Part shown: positions 40,022 through 59,871 of the stretch, one piece after another | How positions within the stretch are numbered: the first letter of the stretch is position 1 | How the letters are laid out: the number at the start of each line of letters is the position of its first letter | Assembly: GCF_009914755.1 (NCBI RefSeq) | Contig: NC_060931.1 | Direction: 5' to 3' (one strand) | Source: the human T2T-CHM13v2.0 reference genome, Homo sapiens | Length of the DNA: 64,000 nucleotides | Position numbers and translations under genes: made by a program | The notes under the pieces: model-generated | What the model was told of the DNA's origin: nothing | The model's input: the letters and a program-made list of their open reading frames with translations, nothing else | Database searches by the model: none

Positions 40022-40493
40022 TGTGATGGTTAATTTTATGTGTCAACCTGTCTGGGTCACGGCGTCCAGATATTTGTTCAGCCATTATTCTGGATGTTTC
40101 TGTGGAGGTGTTTTGGATGAGATTAACATTTAAATTGCTGGGCTTTCAGTAAAGTAGATTGCCCGTCATAATGTGGATGGGCCTCATCCAATCATCTGAA
40201 GGCTTTAATATAAAAAGATTGACCTGTTCCAAGCAAGAAGGAATTCTGCCAGGAGAATGCCTTTGAACTTGAACTCCCACTCTTCCCTGAGTCTCCAACC
40301 TGCCAGTCAACTCAAGAGATGTTGAACTCACCAAGCCTCCACAAATACATTAGCCAACTCCTAAAAATGAACAAATGAATCTCAATCTCAGTCTCTCTGT
40401 CTCTCTCTCTCCCCTCACACACGCACACACATACACATACACGTACATACACACACACCCATTGGTTCTGTTTTTCTGGAGAACCCTAACACA
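40022..40493 (+). mobile_element. ERVL solo LTR (MLT2-type)
   Basis: tgtgatggttaattttatgtgtcaac ... ctggagaaccctaacaca; internal (TC)/(CA) tract; TSD ctatc/ctctc. Confidence 0.88.
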
Positions 40494-40894
40494 CTCTCCA
40501 AAGGAAAATACGACTTTGCCTTGAAATTAAAAAGACACATAGCTTACTTGAAGATCAACAATCAATTATTAACTAAACCAACAATGAGTCTAGGAAAAGC
40601 CAGTCAAATTCCAGATGTGGAGCTTACTAGTTCTTTACCAACAGTTTCATTTAATTTTCCAAAACACTGGTAAGAGACACTGCTTTATCCAAGTATAAGA
40701 ATGTAATTTGTACCCCTACCTCCCACCATCGAAAAATGCTTGAAACTAAAAATCAAGATGAGAAATTAAAATAATCATTAGCATCTTTGTAAATGTACAA
40801 AAAAAAGTCAGCCTACCTACAGATATACACAAATATGTACAGGTCAACTTTCCCTAGAAAATTCATAAAGAATAAAAGTATAATTATTGACTAA

Positions 40895-41203
<309 letters not shown>

Positions 41204-41284
41204 TAATTATCTTTTATAAATTACTACTGATCTTGAACCATTATTTGCATGACTTTTCTCCATTTCTCATAAGAATGAGAAATA

Positions 41285-41671
41285 AGTATGAGCCCATTTT
41301 CATACTGCTATAAAGAACTGCCGGAGACGGGGTAATTTATAAAGGAAAAGAGGTTTGATTGACTCGCAGTTCAGCATGGCTGGGGAGGCCACAGGAAATT
41401 TACTATCACAGCGGAAGGCAAAGGGGAAGCAAGGCACCTCCTTCACAAGGCAGCAGGAAGGAGAAGTGCAGAGCAAAGGGGGAAGAGCCCCTCATAAAAC
41501 CATCAGATCTCGTGAGAACTCACTCACTATCACGAGAACACCATGGGGGAAATGGCCCCCACGTTTCAATTACCTCCACCGGTCTCTCTCGACGCATAGG
41601 GATTATGGGGATTACGGAGATTACAATTCAAGATGAGATTTGGGTGAGGGGGACAAAGCCTAACCATATCA
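41285..41671 (-). mobile_element. MaLR solo LTR (THE1/MST-type)
   Basis: ccattttcatactgctataaagaactgcc ... aaccatatca. Confidence 0.88.
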
Positions 41672-41997
41672 AGTGGTAAGGAGTATTATAATATTACGAA
41701 TGAGTGGCCAGAACAGAACAAATTTCCTTACGTGAAAGAATCACCTGATCTTCAGAATGCTAATTACTGAGGTTTCTAAAGACTCCCATATGTGCTATTA
41801 ATACCTTAAGAGTGTCTATATTAAAACAGTCTTGGCTGGGACTATTTTTTAATGGTTGCATATGACGGAAAAGAAGAATACAGGAGAGAAGGAGTCACCA
41901 GTGGTAGGTAGAGACCAGAGCATACAGATTCAACAGGGAACCTAACAAATTCCAATTCATCACCTACAGCTGTTGCTTTATGAAGCCATCACATGTA

Positions 41998-42492
41998 CAG
42001 TAGTGGTTCTCAAAGCGTGGTCCCCAGTTGAATAACATCAACACCAACCAGAAACCTGTTAGAAATGCACATTCTCAGGTGGCTCACACCTGTAATCCCA
42101 GCACTTTGGGAGGCCAAAGCAGGCGGATGGCTTGAGTCTAAGAGTTTGAGACCAGCCTGGGCAACATGGCTAGACCCCATCTTCACAAAAAATTAGCCAG
42201 GCGTGGTGGCCAGCGCCTGTAGCCCCAGCTACTCAGGAGGTAAGGCTGAGGTGGGAGGATCATCTGAGCCTGGGAAGTGAAGGTTGCAGTGAGCCAAGAT
42301 AGCACCACATACTCCAGCCTGGGTGACAGAGTGAGATCCGGTCCAAAAAAAAAAAAAAAAAAAAAGAAGAAGAAAGACAAAAAAGCATACTCTTGCGCTT
42401 ACTGACCCAATCTCTGGGAAAGGAAACCAACAATCTGTGTTTTAACAAGCTCTCCAGATGATTCCGATGCATGATAAAGTTTGAGAACCCAT
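41998..42492. mobile_element. MER5A-like element split by a plus-strand Alu (42078-42375)
   Basis: agtggttctcaaagcgtggtcccc ... aagtttgagaacc termini. Confidence 0.8.
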
Positions 42493-42676
42493 AACCTCCA
42501 GTGAAGTCAATATTTGTTAATATGAGACAGAATTAAATCAGGAAATTCAAAAAAATGGAGTGGCTGAATTTTTACCACATTACTGTGCATTAGATGGAAG
42601 AAACTGTTATTTATATTATCCCTCCTTTTTTTTAAATAAGGAATTCATTCAAAACCGTTTTTCCATCACTAACTAA

Positions 42677-43143
<467 letters not shown>

Positions 43144-43356
43144 AAGTTGCTACATTTTAAATTTTTAGTTCTTCCATCATATGGGAAGTAAAAGCTAAAA
43201 AGGCAAAATATATATAATATTCCTACGAAGTTTTCACTTCCTTAGAGGAAAATTTGCCAGTGGGGACAAAATCCTACCAAAGAGGCAATTCTTCTGCCAA
43301 TCTGATTCAGACTATTAACAAGTATTAGCATTCCTCTGTAGAGGGAAGATAAATAC

Positions 43357-43466
43357 CTTTAAACTGCTTAATCATGTTCTGATGGTTTTCAATGGCTTCC
43401 TTCAAGATCATTTCAGGCTGGTCCATCTTCTACCGCCATTCAGTGCCCACAGGGTTGTTGTGGTGC
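43357..43466 (-). CDS. TYW1B: TYW1B coding exon B (110 nt) containing an in-frame TAG
   Basis: Acceptor ...ttgttcctag|G CAC CAC; donor AAA G|gtattt; translates HHNNPVGTEWR*KMDQPEMILKEAIENHQNMIKQFK. Confidence 0.96.
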
Positions 43467-45065
43467 CTAGGAACAAGACGCAAAGTTCTAAAAGACCCTT
43501 CTGTAATAAGATCTGGGCTAGTCATTTATGATGAAGTCGTCCATTTTTAAAAAATCACAAAATCAGGACTGGTTTCCTCCTCAGAGTTCAACCACGTATA
43601 GTGGTATTTTCCAACTTATTTTAAATCGTGACACCCAACAGAGAGGGGTGAATAGAGAAATCATTCAACTCTTCCCAGAGATGTTGGGCACCTAATTCAC
43701 TCAATTCCAGTTACAGGTTGACAGAACGCTCTCTGCTGCTTTAACCATGTTAACTATGAATGTACACAAACAAGGCAAACTGTCACCATCATGTTACTGT
43801 CATCTACGTCGACACTTCATAAAGTGAGTGAGGACAGCTGGAACACTTGCTTGGAAATCACACTGACAGGGCCTGAGAATGAGTTTCTCCTGATGCAGGC
43901 CTGGGGAAAGGACAAGAACCTCCACCTGGGACCCAAGCAGCTACAACACAATGTCATTTTGAGACCAAAACCACTGCTAGAGTGTATCCTGCCCTGGGAG
44001 CCAAAGCCCCTGTATCTCCATATTCCTGAGGTTCCACTGCCATCACTCCATGGCCATATAAAAGATTACAATGCCATAACCCAAGCTATAACTAGCAGTA
44101 CAACCATATCCAAGCACCTGAGCCCATGCAGAACCTTGTAGTCCAAAAAAAACAGGCAGCACAGTACAGCAAGGAGACCACCCCCAAGACAGACACAATG
44201 CCAGAGCCCAAGGACCAGCTCCCCAGTGTCCACCACTGCCAACCATCTTACCCTCCCGACAGGCAGAACTACCGTGTGCCCTACAGGCCCCTCAAGGCCC
44301 AAGGACCATTCTGCCCAGAAACCAGCACCACTGAAGACACTACCCCCATAAGCAGCAGAGCTACCAGAAATAGCACAAGCTCCCCTAGGGTCTAAGAACC
44401 AGCAAGCCCAGCAACACCGACCCTAGCAAAGCCATGCCACTGCCTCCACAAACACCCACAGTCCAGGCCAGTGAGGCACTCACAGGAACCACAGGCACCG
44501 ATTATGGCCAAAGAAATCACATGTACGCTACTATACTACTACACTACTGTACCCATCTAGAGGACAAGTCAAAGCACCCCATTCAACCAACACTATAAAA
44601 TACTTCTCCAGGAAAGTCTTTCCCTATGAAAACTACTCCATAAAAATGGAAAGGGTGACTGTTATACCAGATGTGCAGATACCAATGTAGTAAAAAACAA
44701 AAACATGAACTAGCAAGAAAACATGACACTCCCAAAGAAACATGATTAATTCTCCAGTAACAGACCTGAAAGAAAGGAAAATCAAGGCCTGTAACAGAAT
44801 TTAAAATAATGATCTTAAGGAAACTCAAGAGAGATACAAGAGAATACACATAGACAATTCAATGAAATCAGGAAAAGAATTCATGATCTAAATGAGAAAT
44901 TCAACAGAGATAGATATCACAAAAAAGAGCCAAACAGAAAACTTGAAGGTGAAGAATTCGATGAATGAAATAAATACAACTGAGAGTTTCAACAACATAC
45001 TAGATCAAGGAGAACAAACAATGTCTGAATTTGAAGACAGGACTTTTGAAATGACCCAGTCAGAC

Positions 45066-45270
45066 CAAAAAAAAAAGGAAGGAAGAAAAAGAAGAAAAGG
45101 AGAAAAGAAAAAGAAAAGGAAAAGAAGAAGGAGGAGGAAGAGGAGAAGAAGAGGAGAAAAAGAAAGAAGAAAAGAAGAAGAAGGGAGAAGGGAGAAGGAA
45201 GAAAGGATAGAGGAGAGAGGAGGAGGAAGAGCAGGAGGAGGAGCAGCAGCAGGAGGCGTAGGAAAAAAAG
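45066..45270 (+). repeat. About 200-bp near-pure purine (GAA/GGA) low-complexity tract inside L1 ORF1
   Basis: Directly visible. Confidence 0.95.
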
Positions 45271-47696
45271 CCTACAGGAATGATGGGACACCATTACATG
45301 AACAAATGTTTGCATTTAGGAATTCCAGAAGGAGAACAGGTGGGAAAAGACATGGAAAAGTAAACAGGTTTTAATGAAATAAAAGCTGAAAACTTCCCAC
45401 ATTTTGGGAGAGATATGGACATTCAGATCAAGCAAGCTAAAAATTCCTAAAATGGATTAAATGCCAAAAAAAAAAAAAAAGCCTCCTTGAGACACATTAT
45501 AGTCAAACTGTCAAAAGACAATGACAAAGCAAATTCTAAAAACAGCAATTGAAAAGCATCACGTCACATGTAAGGAAACCTCCATAAGAATAACAGCAGA
45601 TTTCTCAGCAGAAACCTCACAGGCCAGGAGAGAATGGGATGATATATTCTAAGGGCTGGAAAAAAAAAAAAAAAAAAAAAAGACCACCAAGCAAAACTAT
45701 CCTCTGGAAATGAAGGAGAAATAAAGCCTGTCGCAGACAAGTAAAAATTGAGAGAATTCATCATACTAGACTGGCCTTACCAGAAAAGCTTAAGGAATCC
45801 TACATCAGGAAGTGATTATTACCATCATGAAAATATGCAAAAGTATAAACTCACTGGTAGGGCAGATATACAAATGAGATTTAAAAAAGTATTCAAATGT
45901 TACCACTATGGAAGACTACCAAACTGCAAAAAAAAAAAAAAAAAAAAAAACAAGAGAGTAAGAAAGCAAAAACAATATACAAAACAACATGAGTAAGTTA
46001 TCATCTACCATGAATAACCTTGAATGTAAATGGATTAAAGTCCCTTGTTAAAAGATATAAACTGGCTGAATGAATTTAAAAAAAAACACCCAACTATTTG
46101 TTGCCTACAAGAAACTCACTTCACCTGTAAAGATATACACAGACTGAAAGTGAATGGGATGGAAAAATACATACCACACAAACCAAAACCAAAAGCAGCT
46201 GGGTGTGGTGGCTCACGCCTGTAATCCCAGCACTTTGGGAGGCTGAGGCGGGGGGATCACGAGGTCAGGAGTTCGAGACCAGCCTGGCCAACACGGTGAA
46301 ACTGCGTCTCTACTAAAAATACAAAAATTAGCCAGGCGTGGTGGTGGGCACCTGTAATCCCAGCTACTTAGGAGGATGAGGCAGGAGAATTGCTTGAACC
46401 TGAGGCGGAAGTTGCAGTGAACCGAGATTGTGCCACTGCACTCCAGCCTGGGCAACAGAGCAGGACTCCATCTCAAATAAAAAAATTAAAAAATTTAAAA
46501 AAAGCAAGCAAGAGTAGCTATCCTTGTATAAGATAAAATAGACTTTAAGTCAGAAACTGTAAAACGACACCAAGGAAAAGGTCATTGTGTAACGATAAAG
46601 GAATCACTGCAGCAAGAAGATCTAACAACTGTAAATATTTATGTACCTAACACTGGAGCACTGAGATATAAAGCAAACATTATGAGATCTAATGGGAAAG
46701 ATAGACTCTACTACCATAATAGTCGGGGGCATCAACATCACACTCTCTCAGAATTGGACAGATCACCTAGACAGAAAATCAGTAAAGAAACACCAGATTT
46801 AAACCATACGCCAAACTGACCTAACAGACACTGACAAAATATTTCATACTACACCTGCAGAATACACAATCTTCTTATCCATACATAAAATATTCTCCAG
46901 GGCAGACCATATTTTAGTCTCAAAAAATGTTAAAAAATCAAAATCCTATCAAGTATGTTTTTGGACAATGGAATAAAACAAGAAATCAGTCATAAAAGGA
47001 ACTTTGGAACCTATACAAAGTAATGGAAACCAAATAGCACACTCTTGAACAGCCAATGAGTCAATGAAGAAAGCAAGAAGAAAATTTAAATATGTACTGA
47101 AACAAATGAAAGTAGAAGCAAATGTCAAAACTTAAGGGACAGAGCAAAAGCAGTACTAACAGGGAAGTTTATAATAATAAACAACTATATCAAAAATGTA
47201 GAATGATTTCAAATATCAATCTAACAATGCACTTCAGGGAACTAGAAAAGCAAAAACAAACCAAACCCAAAATTACTAGAACAGAAAAAAATAATAATCA
47301 GAGCAAAAATAAATGAAGTTGAGACTAAAAGAACACAAAAATCAACAAAACAGAAAGTTCATTTTTTAAAAAGATAAACATCGACAAACCATTAAACTAA
47401 CCAAGAAAAAAAAAGATCCAAATAAATATATCAGAAACAAAAAAAGAGACATTACTACTGATACCACAGAAATACAAAGAATCATTAAAGACTGTTATAA
47501 CCAACTGTACACCAACAAATTGGAAAACCTAGAGGAAACGTAGAAATTCCTGTACACACACAACCTACCAAGAATAAACCAGGAAGAAAGAGAAAACCTG
47601 AACAGATCATTAACAAGATTAAATCAATTATAAAGTCTTCCAACAAAGAAAAGTACACGGCCAGATGGCTTCCCTGGTAAATTCCACCAAACCTAA

Positions 47697-47723
47697 AACA
47701 CACACACACACACACACACACAC
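47697..47723. repeat. (AC)n microsatellite
   Basis: Directly visible. Confidence 0.95.
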
Positions 47724-47995
47724 CTCTCACACTAATACTTTTCAAACTATTTCAAAAAATTAAGGGGGAAGAAATTCTTAGAAACTCAGTATTATACGAG
47801 GCCAGTATTACCCTGAAAACAAAACAGGACAAAAACACAACAAAAAAGAAAAGGAAAATAGCATGCCAATATCCCCGATGAACAAAGGTATAAAAATCCT
47901 TGGCCAGGCGCGGTGGCTCACGCCTGTAATCCCAGCACTTTCGGAGGCCAAGGCGGGCGGATCATGAATTCAGGAGATCAAGACCATCCTGGCTA

Positions 47996-48415
<420 letters not shown>

Positions 48416-48579
48416 CTAAAATCCCCAAATAGCCAAAGAAATCCTATGCAGAATGAACACAGCTCAAGGCATCACAGTACATGACTTCAAAATATACTAT
48501 AGCCAGATGCGGTGGCTCACACCTGTAATCCCAGCACTTTGGGAGGCCGAGGCAGGCAGATCACAAAGTCAGGAGTTCA

Positions 48580-48879
<300 letters not shown>

Positions 48880-49822
48880 TCACAGAACAAAATAGAGAAC
48901 CCAGAAATAAATCCAAATATTTACAGGAAACCAATTTTCGACAAAGGTGCCAAGGTCATGCAGTGGGGAAAGACAATATACAAAAATCAACTCAAAACAG
49001 ATTAACAACATACACGTAAAACCTGAAACTGTGAAATTACCTACTGTGAAAACACAGAGGAAACACTTTAGGACATTGGTCTGGGCAATGATTTTATGAA
49101 TAAAACTTCAAAATTACAGGCAACAAAAGTAAAAACAAATAAATAGGATGATATCAAACTAAAAAGCTGCTGCACTGCAAAGGAAACAATCAACAGGGTG
49201 AAGAGACAACCTGCAGAATGACAGAAGATATTTCCAAACCATTCATCAAACAAGGGATTAATATCCAGAATATACAAAAAATTCAAACAACCCAACAGCA
49301 AAAAAACCCACAAATAATCTGATTTTTAAAAGGTCGAATGATGTAAATAGACTTTTCTCAAAAGAACATATACAAGTAGCAAACACATTTTTAAATGCTC
49401 AACATCACTAATCATCAGAGAAATGCAAATCAAAACCGCAATGAAATTCCATCTCACCCAAGTTAAAATGACTATTATCAAATAATAACAAATGCTGACA
49501 AGGATGTGGAGAAAGGGAACTCTTATACACTGTTGCTGGCAATGTAAACTACCACAGTCATTAGGGAAAACAATATGGAGATTCCTCAAAAAACTAAAGC
49601 TAGAACTACCATATGATCCAGCAACCCCACTACTGAATATACATCCAAAGGAAAGGAAATCAGTATGTTGAAGAGACAGCTGCATTCTCATGCTTATTGC
49701 AGCACTATTCACAATCGCCAAGATACAGAACCAACCTAAGTGTCCGTCAGCAGATAAATGGATAAAGGAAATGTGATATATATTCACAATGGAATATTAT
49801 TTAGCCCTATAAAAAAGAATGA

Positions 49823-50420
<598 letters not shown>

Positions 50421-50493
50421 TCACATACCATAACATTATCCTATTTAAGGTTTATAAATCATTGGCTTTTGCTATACTCACAGAGTTGCGCAT

Positions 50494-51083
50494 TGTTAGA
50501 AATGCTTGCTCCCCAGTGCTACAAAGAAATAGCAACTGAACATAAATTTAATTTTCTCAGCAAGGCCATTTTTTTACTTTCTGCAGAAAGGGTACACTCG
50601 CCAGCACTTCTGCCACGAGAATACACTGAACAAAGGAGACAGGGACATTTATAACCTGACACATTCACCCTACTGCTGTTACCAGTTTCCATTGGCTGGA
50701 ACAGGACCTCACATTCTGTATTTGTCCCAATTGGCTAGCAACTTAGAACTTTTCAAAAGAGGCAAAGGCAGAGAACAAAGGAAGGAGGAAGTAACTTGTG
50801 GAATGCTCAGAAAGGTAAAAACACCTCCAAAAAAGGAAGAGGAATAGGCTACGACCTAATGCTTGCTGGGACCAGTATAAGCATGCCAGGGCAAATATTT
50901 AGGCCAAATTGTGGGAGCTAAGAATACAAAGTACATTGATTTCTTTATTACGGCTAGCAGATATCTAAGAATGTTAGCACAGGTCTTTGAATAAATTTTG
51001 CTTCTAAGAGAAGTTACTATTTATTCTTAATTAGATGGGGAGGAAAATCTCTTTGAAGAGGAGCCTCTACTTCACTTTTTACA
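50494..51083 (-). mobile_element. ERV1 solo LTR (LTR10 family, HERV-I type)
   Basis: Minus strand starts tgtaaaaagtgaagtagaggctcctcttcaaaga and ends ...tctaaca; TSD cgcat/tgcat; subfamily from memory. Confidence 0.8.
50648..50898 (-). promoter_or_regulatory. Candidate LTR promoter: p53-like decamer array, two CCAAT boxes, TATA box
   Basis: Phased decamers at 50859-50898; ATTGG at 50691 and 50730; TATAAA on minus strand at 50648-50653; activity not shown. Confidence 0.45.
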
Positions 51084-51466
51084 TGCATCCATGACCAAAA
51101 TCCATTTTAAACGTTTTGTCATTCCCAAAAAGAAACGCTATCCCCTCGGGTATTGCTCCTCAACTCCCATATTCCCTCCGGCCCTAGGCAACCACTAATC
51201 TACTTTCTGTCTCTACAGATTTGTCTATTCTAGGCAATGCACAGAAATGCAATCTTACTATAGATGCAGCCTGTTGTGATCGGCTTCTTTCACTTAGTAT
51301 AATATTTTCAACATTAATCCATGCTGTAGCATGTATCAGTACTTAATTTCTTTTTATTGACAGATGACATTCCTTGGAATGGATACACCACATGTTGTTT
51401 CTCTGTTCATCAGTTAATGGACATCTGGAGTATATCTACTTTTTGGATATTATGAATATCTTTTTG

Positions 51467-51579
51467 AGGCACAAGAATCGCTTGAACCCAGGAGACAGAG
51501 GTTACAGTGAGCCAAGATCACACCACTGCGCTCCAGCCTGGGTGACAGAGCGAGACTCCGTCTCAAAAGAATAAAAAAA
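51467..51579 (+). mobile_element. Alu right-arm fragment
   Basis: gaggcacaagaatcgcttgaacc...ctccgtctcaaaa. Confidence 0.9.
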
Positions 51580-51599
51580 ACCCCACTGTCATATACAGA

Positions 51600-51700
51600 A
51601 CCTCACTCAAGCAATTAAGCCTTACAGCAACCCTGTAAGGAAGGTATGTTGTTTTATTCTACAGCTGAGAAACTGAGGCTCAGAGGCTATTTTAAGAATC
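51600..51700. mobile_element. MIR
   Basis: acagctgagaaactgaggctcagagg. Confidence 0.7.
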
Positions 51701-52324
51701 CACTGCAAGAAAAGGACAATAACAAAAGCATTTATGTAACATTTAAATCAATTTTCAATGAACCTTTTCTGACATTCTTGTTATATATTTAATGGAAACA
51801 GATGGCAAATTCTAATTTTAAAAGCTCACATATTAGTCCTTCTTTACCAGAAGCCATGGTAAATGAAATATCTCCATTTAATTAGACCTTTCTAAAAATC
51901 TCATTAAGGAATGTGTTAATCATACTGTTTGCTTTCCAAAACTCTGGGTAAATGTACTGCTCAAGAAACTGAAAGACTGCATTGTTGGCTATGAACAGGA
52001 AATTAAGATTGAGGAGCACTACCCATTAGATCCTGTTATTTCTTTTGAATTTTGACCTGTAAAAAAACCAACTACTTATGCCAACAATCTTAAGAAGAGA
52101 TTAGGATTTATACTTAGTGTAAACTGTGAAACAAGAAAAACTAGAACACAAAATACTTGATTATTTGTCCTACAACCTCAGTATGATGTGATCCCAATAC
52201 TTCAGTCTACATAATCATATGGCTAACATACTTTTGTCTTGCAAGCGCTCACCTTATAATATCTCAAACTCTGTAAGCACATACTCTATTCCTAAAAAGT
52301 GGTTTTTTGGTCACATTTTACTTC

Positions 52325-52921
<597 letters not shown>

Positions 52922-52997
52922 TGGTCACATTCTGTTTCAATGCTGCCATGTTTCAGCAATACCCTTCACTGAAATAGTGACTGTAGACCATGGCACA

Positions 52998-53230
52998 CAG
53001 GTTATTTCAACCTCAGCACAATTGCCATTTTGGACTAGATAATCCTTTGTTGCGGAGCACTGTCCTACGCATTAGGGAATGCTTAGCAACATCCCCAGCC
53101 TCTACCCACCAGATACCAGCAGCACTCTCCTTGGTTCTAACAATAAAAAATATCTCGAGACATTGTCAAATGTTCCAAATCTCTGTGTGGGACAAGAAAT
53201 AGCAATTTTGCCCCCAGCTGAGAACCACCG
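52998..53230. mobile_element. MER20-like hAT DNA transposon
   Basis: tttcaacctcagcacaattgccattttggactagataatcctttgttg ... tgagaaccaccg. Confidence 0.82.
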
Positions 53231-53332
53231 ATTTAACAGGATGACCTAAGAGATACTTTTAGTGTTTTGTTTTTTGTTTGTTTTTACCACATCTCTAGAT
53301 AACTAAAAGAGGAAATACATGTAAAAGAATAT

Positions 53333-53610
53333 GGTATAGTAGCCCACGCCTATAATCTCAGCACTTTGGGAGGCTAAGAGGGGAGGATTGCTTCAGGCCA
53401 AGAGTTCGAGACCAGCTTGAGAAACATAGCGAGACCCTGTCTCTATCAAAAAATAATAATAATAATAATAATAAACTGGATAGGCATTGTGGCACAAGCC
53501 TGTAGCTGGAGTTACTCAAGTGGCTGAGGCAGGAGGATCACGTGAGCCCATGGGTTCAAGGTACCAGTGAGCTATGATTGCACCACTGTACTCTAGCCTA
53601 GGTGACAGGG
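53333..53610 (+). mobile_element. Alu (AluJ-like) with (AAT)n linker
   Basis: Diverged dimer. Confidence 0.88.
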
Positions 53611-53862
53611 CTTAATATGGGATGATAGTATTGTGGCTATATTATTTTTTAACAGATCTTATTATTTACATTTTACATGATCTGTCAATTGAAGTATGTA
53701 CAGATAAAACAATATGATGGCAAGGATTTGTATTAAAATAGGTAAATGGAATATGATTATCCATATGATGATAAACGTTCACCGAGGTTTAATATACTAT
53801 TCTCTCTCTGCTTACGTTAAAAAAACTCTATAATAAGAATTTTTTTAAAGTGGGTAGAGAGG

Positions 53863-54174
<312 letters not shown>

Positions 54175-54179
54175 TTAAC

Positions 54180-57200
<3,021 letters not shown>

Positions 57201-57479
57201 TAATAACTGATTTCATATTTGTAACATTGTCTACTTGCTAAAATTTATTTGTAATCCCCAATAATCATAACAAAATAACCCCCAAATCAAGTTATTATAA
57301 GCATTTATAATAATCAAAACAATATTTTTAATAACTGGAAAAAAAAAGAATTATAACTCTTGTGCCAATATGGAGATAAATTAAGAGATGACATTGACTA
57401 GAAAGTATTAAATCATTTTGGTTGCTAAAGGGAGAAATAATGAGAATCTGAAACATAATCAATAGAATTAGATAAGCAA

Positions 57480-58412
<933 letters not shown>

Positions 58413-59026
58413 AAATGGGTTAGTAGCAAGCACCACCACCCCCAAAAAGAGAGAGGCAGAATTGTGCAATTTAGCCATTTTCTTTCACTTAAACTATTCC
58501 CAATTGCTGTAAAGACTCAATTCTGCATACAATGGGCTGTAACCAGCTGAAACACAACATTCACATTCACTGCTTGTATTTCCAGCAAGATAAACTGAAA
58601 AGCCTCCAATAACAAGACACCCAAGCTGATACCTTAGCATAAAACTAGTCGTAGATAGAAAAAAAAGAAAACAATGTAGGAGAGCAAGATAAACAGAAAG
58701 CACAAAAGGATAGAATAAAAATAAATTTTTATCACTAATGTATCACTATTTATCGATAATCACTATAAATAAGACAAACTAAACTCACCAGTTAAAAAAG
58801 ACAAACTGTCCAAATGGATGTTTACAAATCCAGCAATTCCTCACAGTGTTTGTCCAAGAGAAACAAAAATATTTGTCTACAAAATTTTTATACACTAACA
58901 TTCACAGTGAAAAAGATTAATCACCAAGACAGCAGAGCTCTTGGGTAAGTCTGAGTGTGAGCTGGGCAGATTGATTACCACAGCTCATTACATATTCGAT
59001 CACCATGACCTTTCATTTTTACTTAC

Positions 59027-59145
59027 CACCAACAGAAGACACATTTATTAGCACACGCCAAGCTCGGGGTGGTTTCCATGCAGCGATGGCTCTCAATTCC
59101 ATAGAATGTGTGTTTGTAACAAGCTCCTCTCCCTCGGAGCATCGA
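59027..59145 (-). CDS. TYW1B: TYW1B coding exon A (119 nt): radical-SAM CxxxCxxC motif, auxiliary-cluster Cys residues and the CYK lysine
   Basis: Acceptor ...ttgtcatag|TCG ATG CTC; donor TGG TG|gtaagt; translates SMLRGRGACYKHTFYGIESHRCMETTPSLACANKCVFCW. Confidence 0.96.
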
Positions 59146-59482
59146 CTATGACAAGTAAACAAATCACAATTTGAATAAAATCGTCAAAGCACAGAAACAA
59201 ACCACCAAGGCATCATTTTTAAGAGAAACCATGTGTTTCGTAACCATGAATACTCCTACTAGTATCTGCACGACGCAGGAAATTCGCATCAGAGCATTTT
59301 AGTGTTTTGGCAGTGCTTTGGGTTTTTACTAAAGCCCAATGAAATAAACCTATGATTCATTAACTCTGAAAACTCTACAGGGAGAACCACTAATGCTTTC
59401 ATTTTCAAATCCATCAGACTCCTTCAAATAATATTAGTACAATAGTATATAATGCTAGGAAACAGATAAAACAGACTCCTAA

Positions 59483-59871
<389 letters not shown>

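Noticed and set aside
44892-45374. 160-aa Lys/Arg/Glu-rich ORF
   Set aside because: L1 ORF1 remnant read through a stop-poor purine tract
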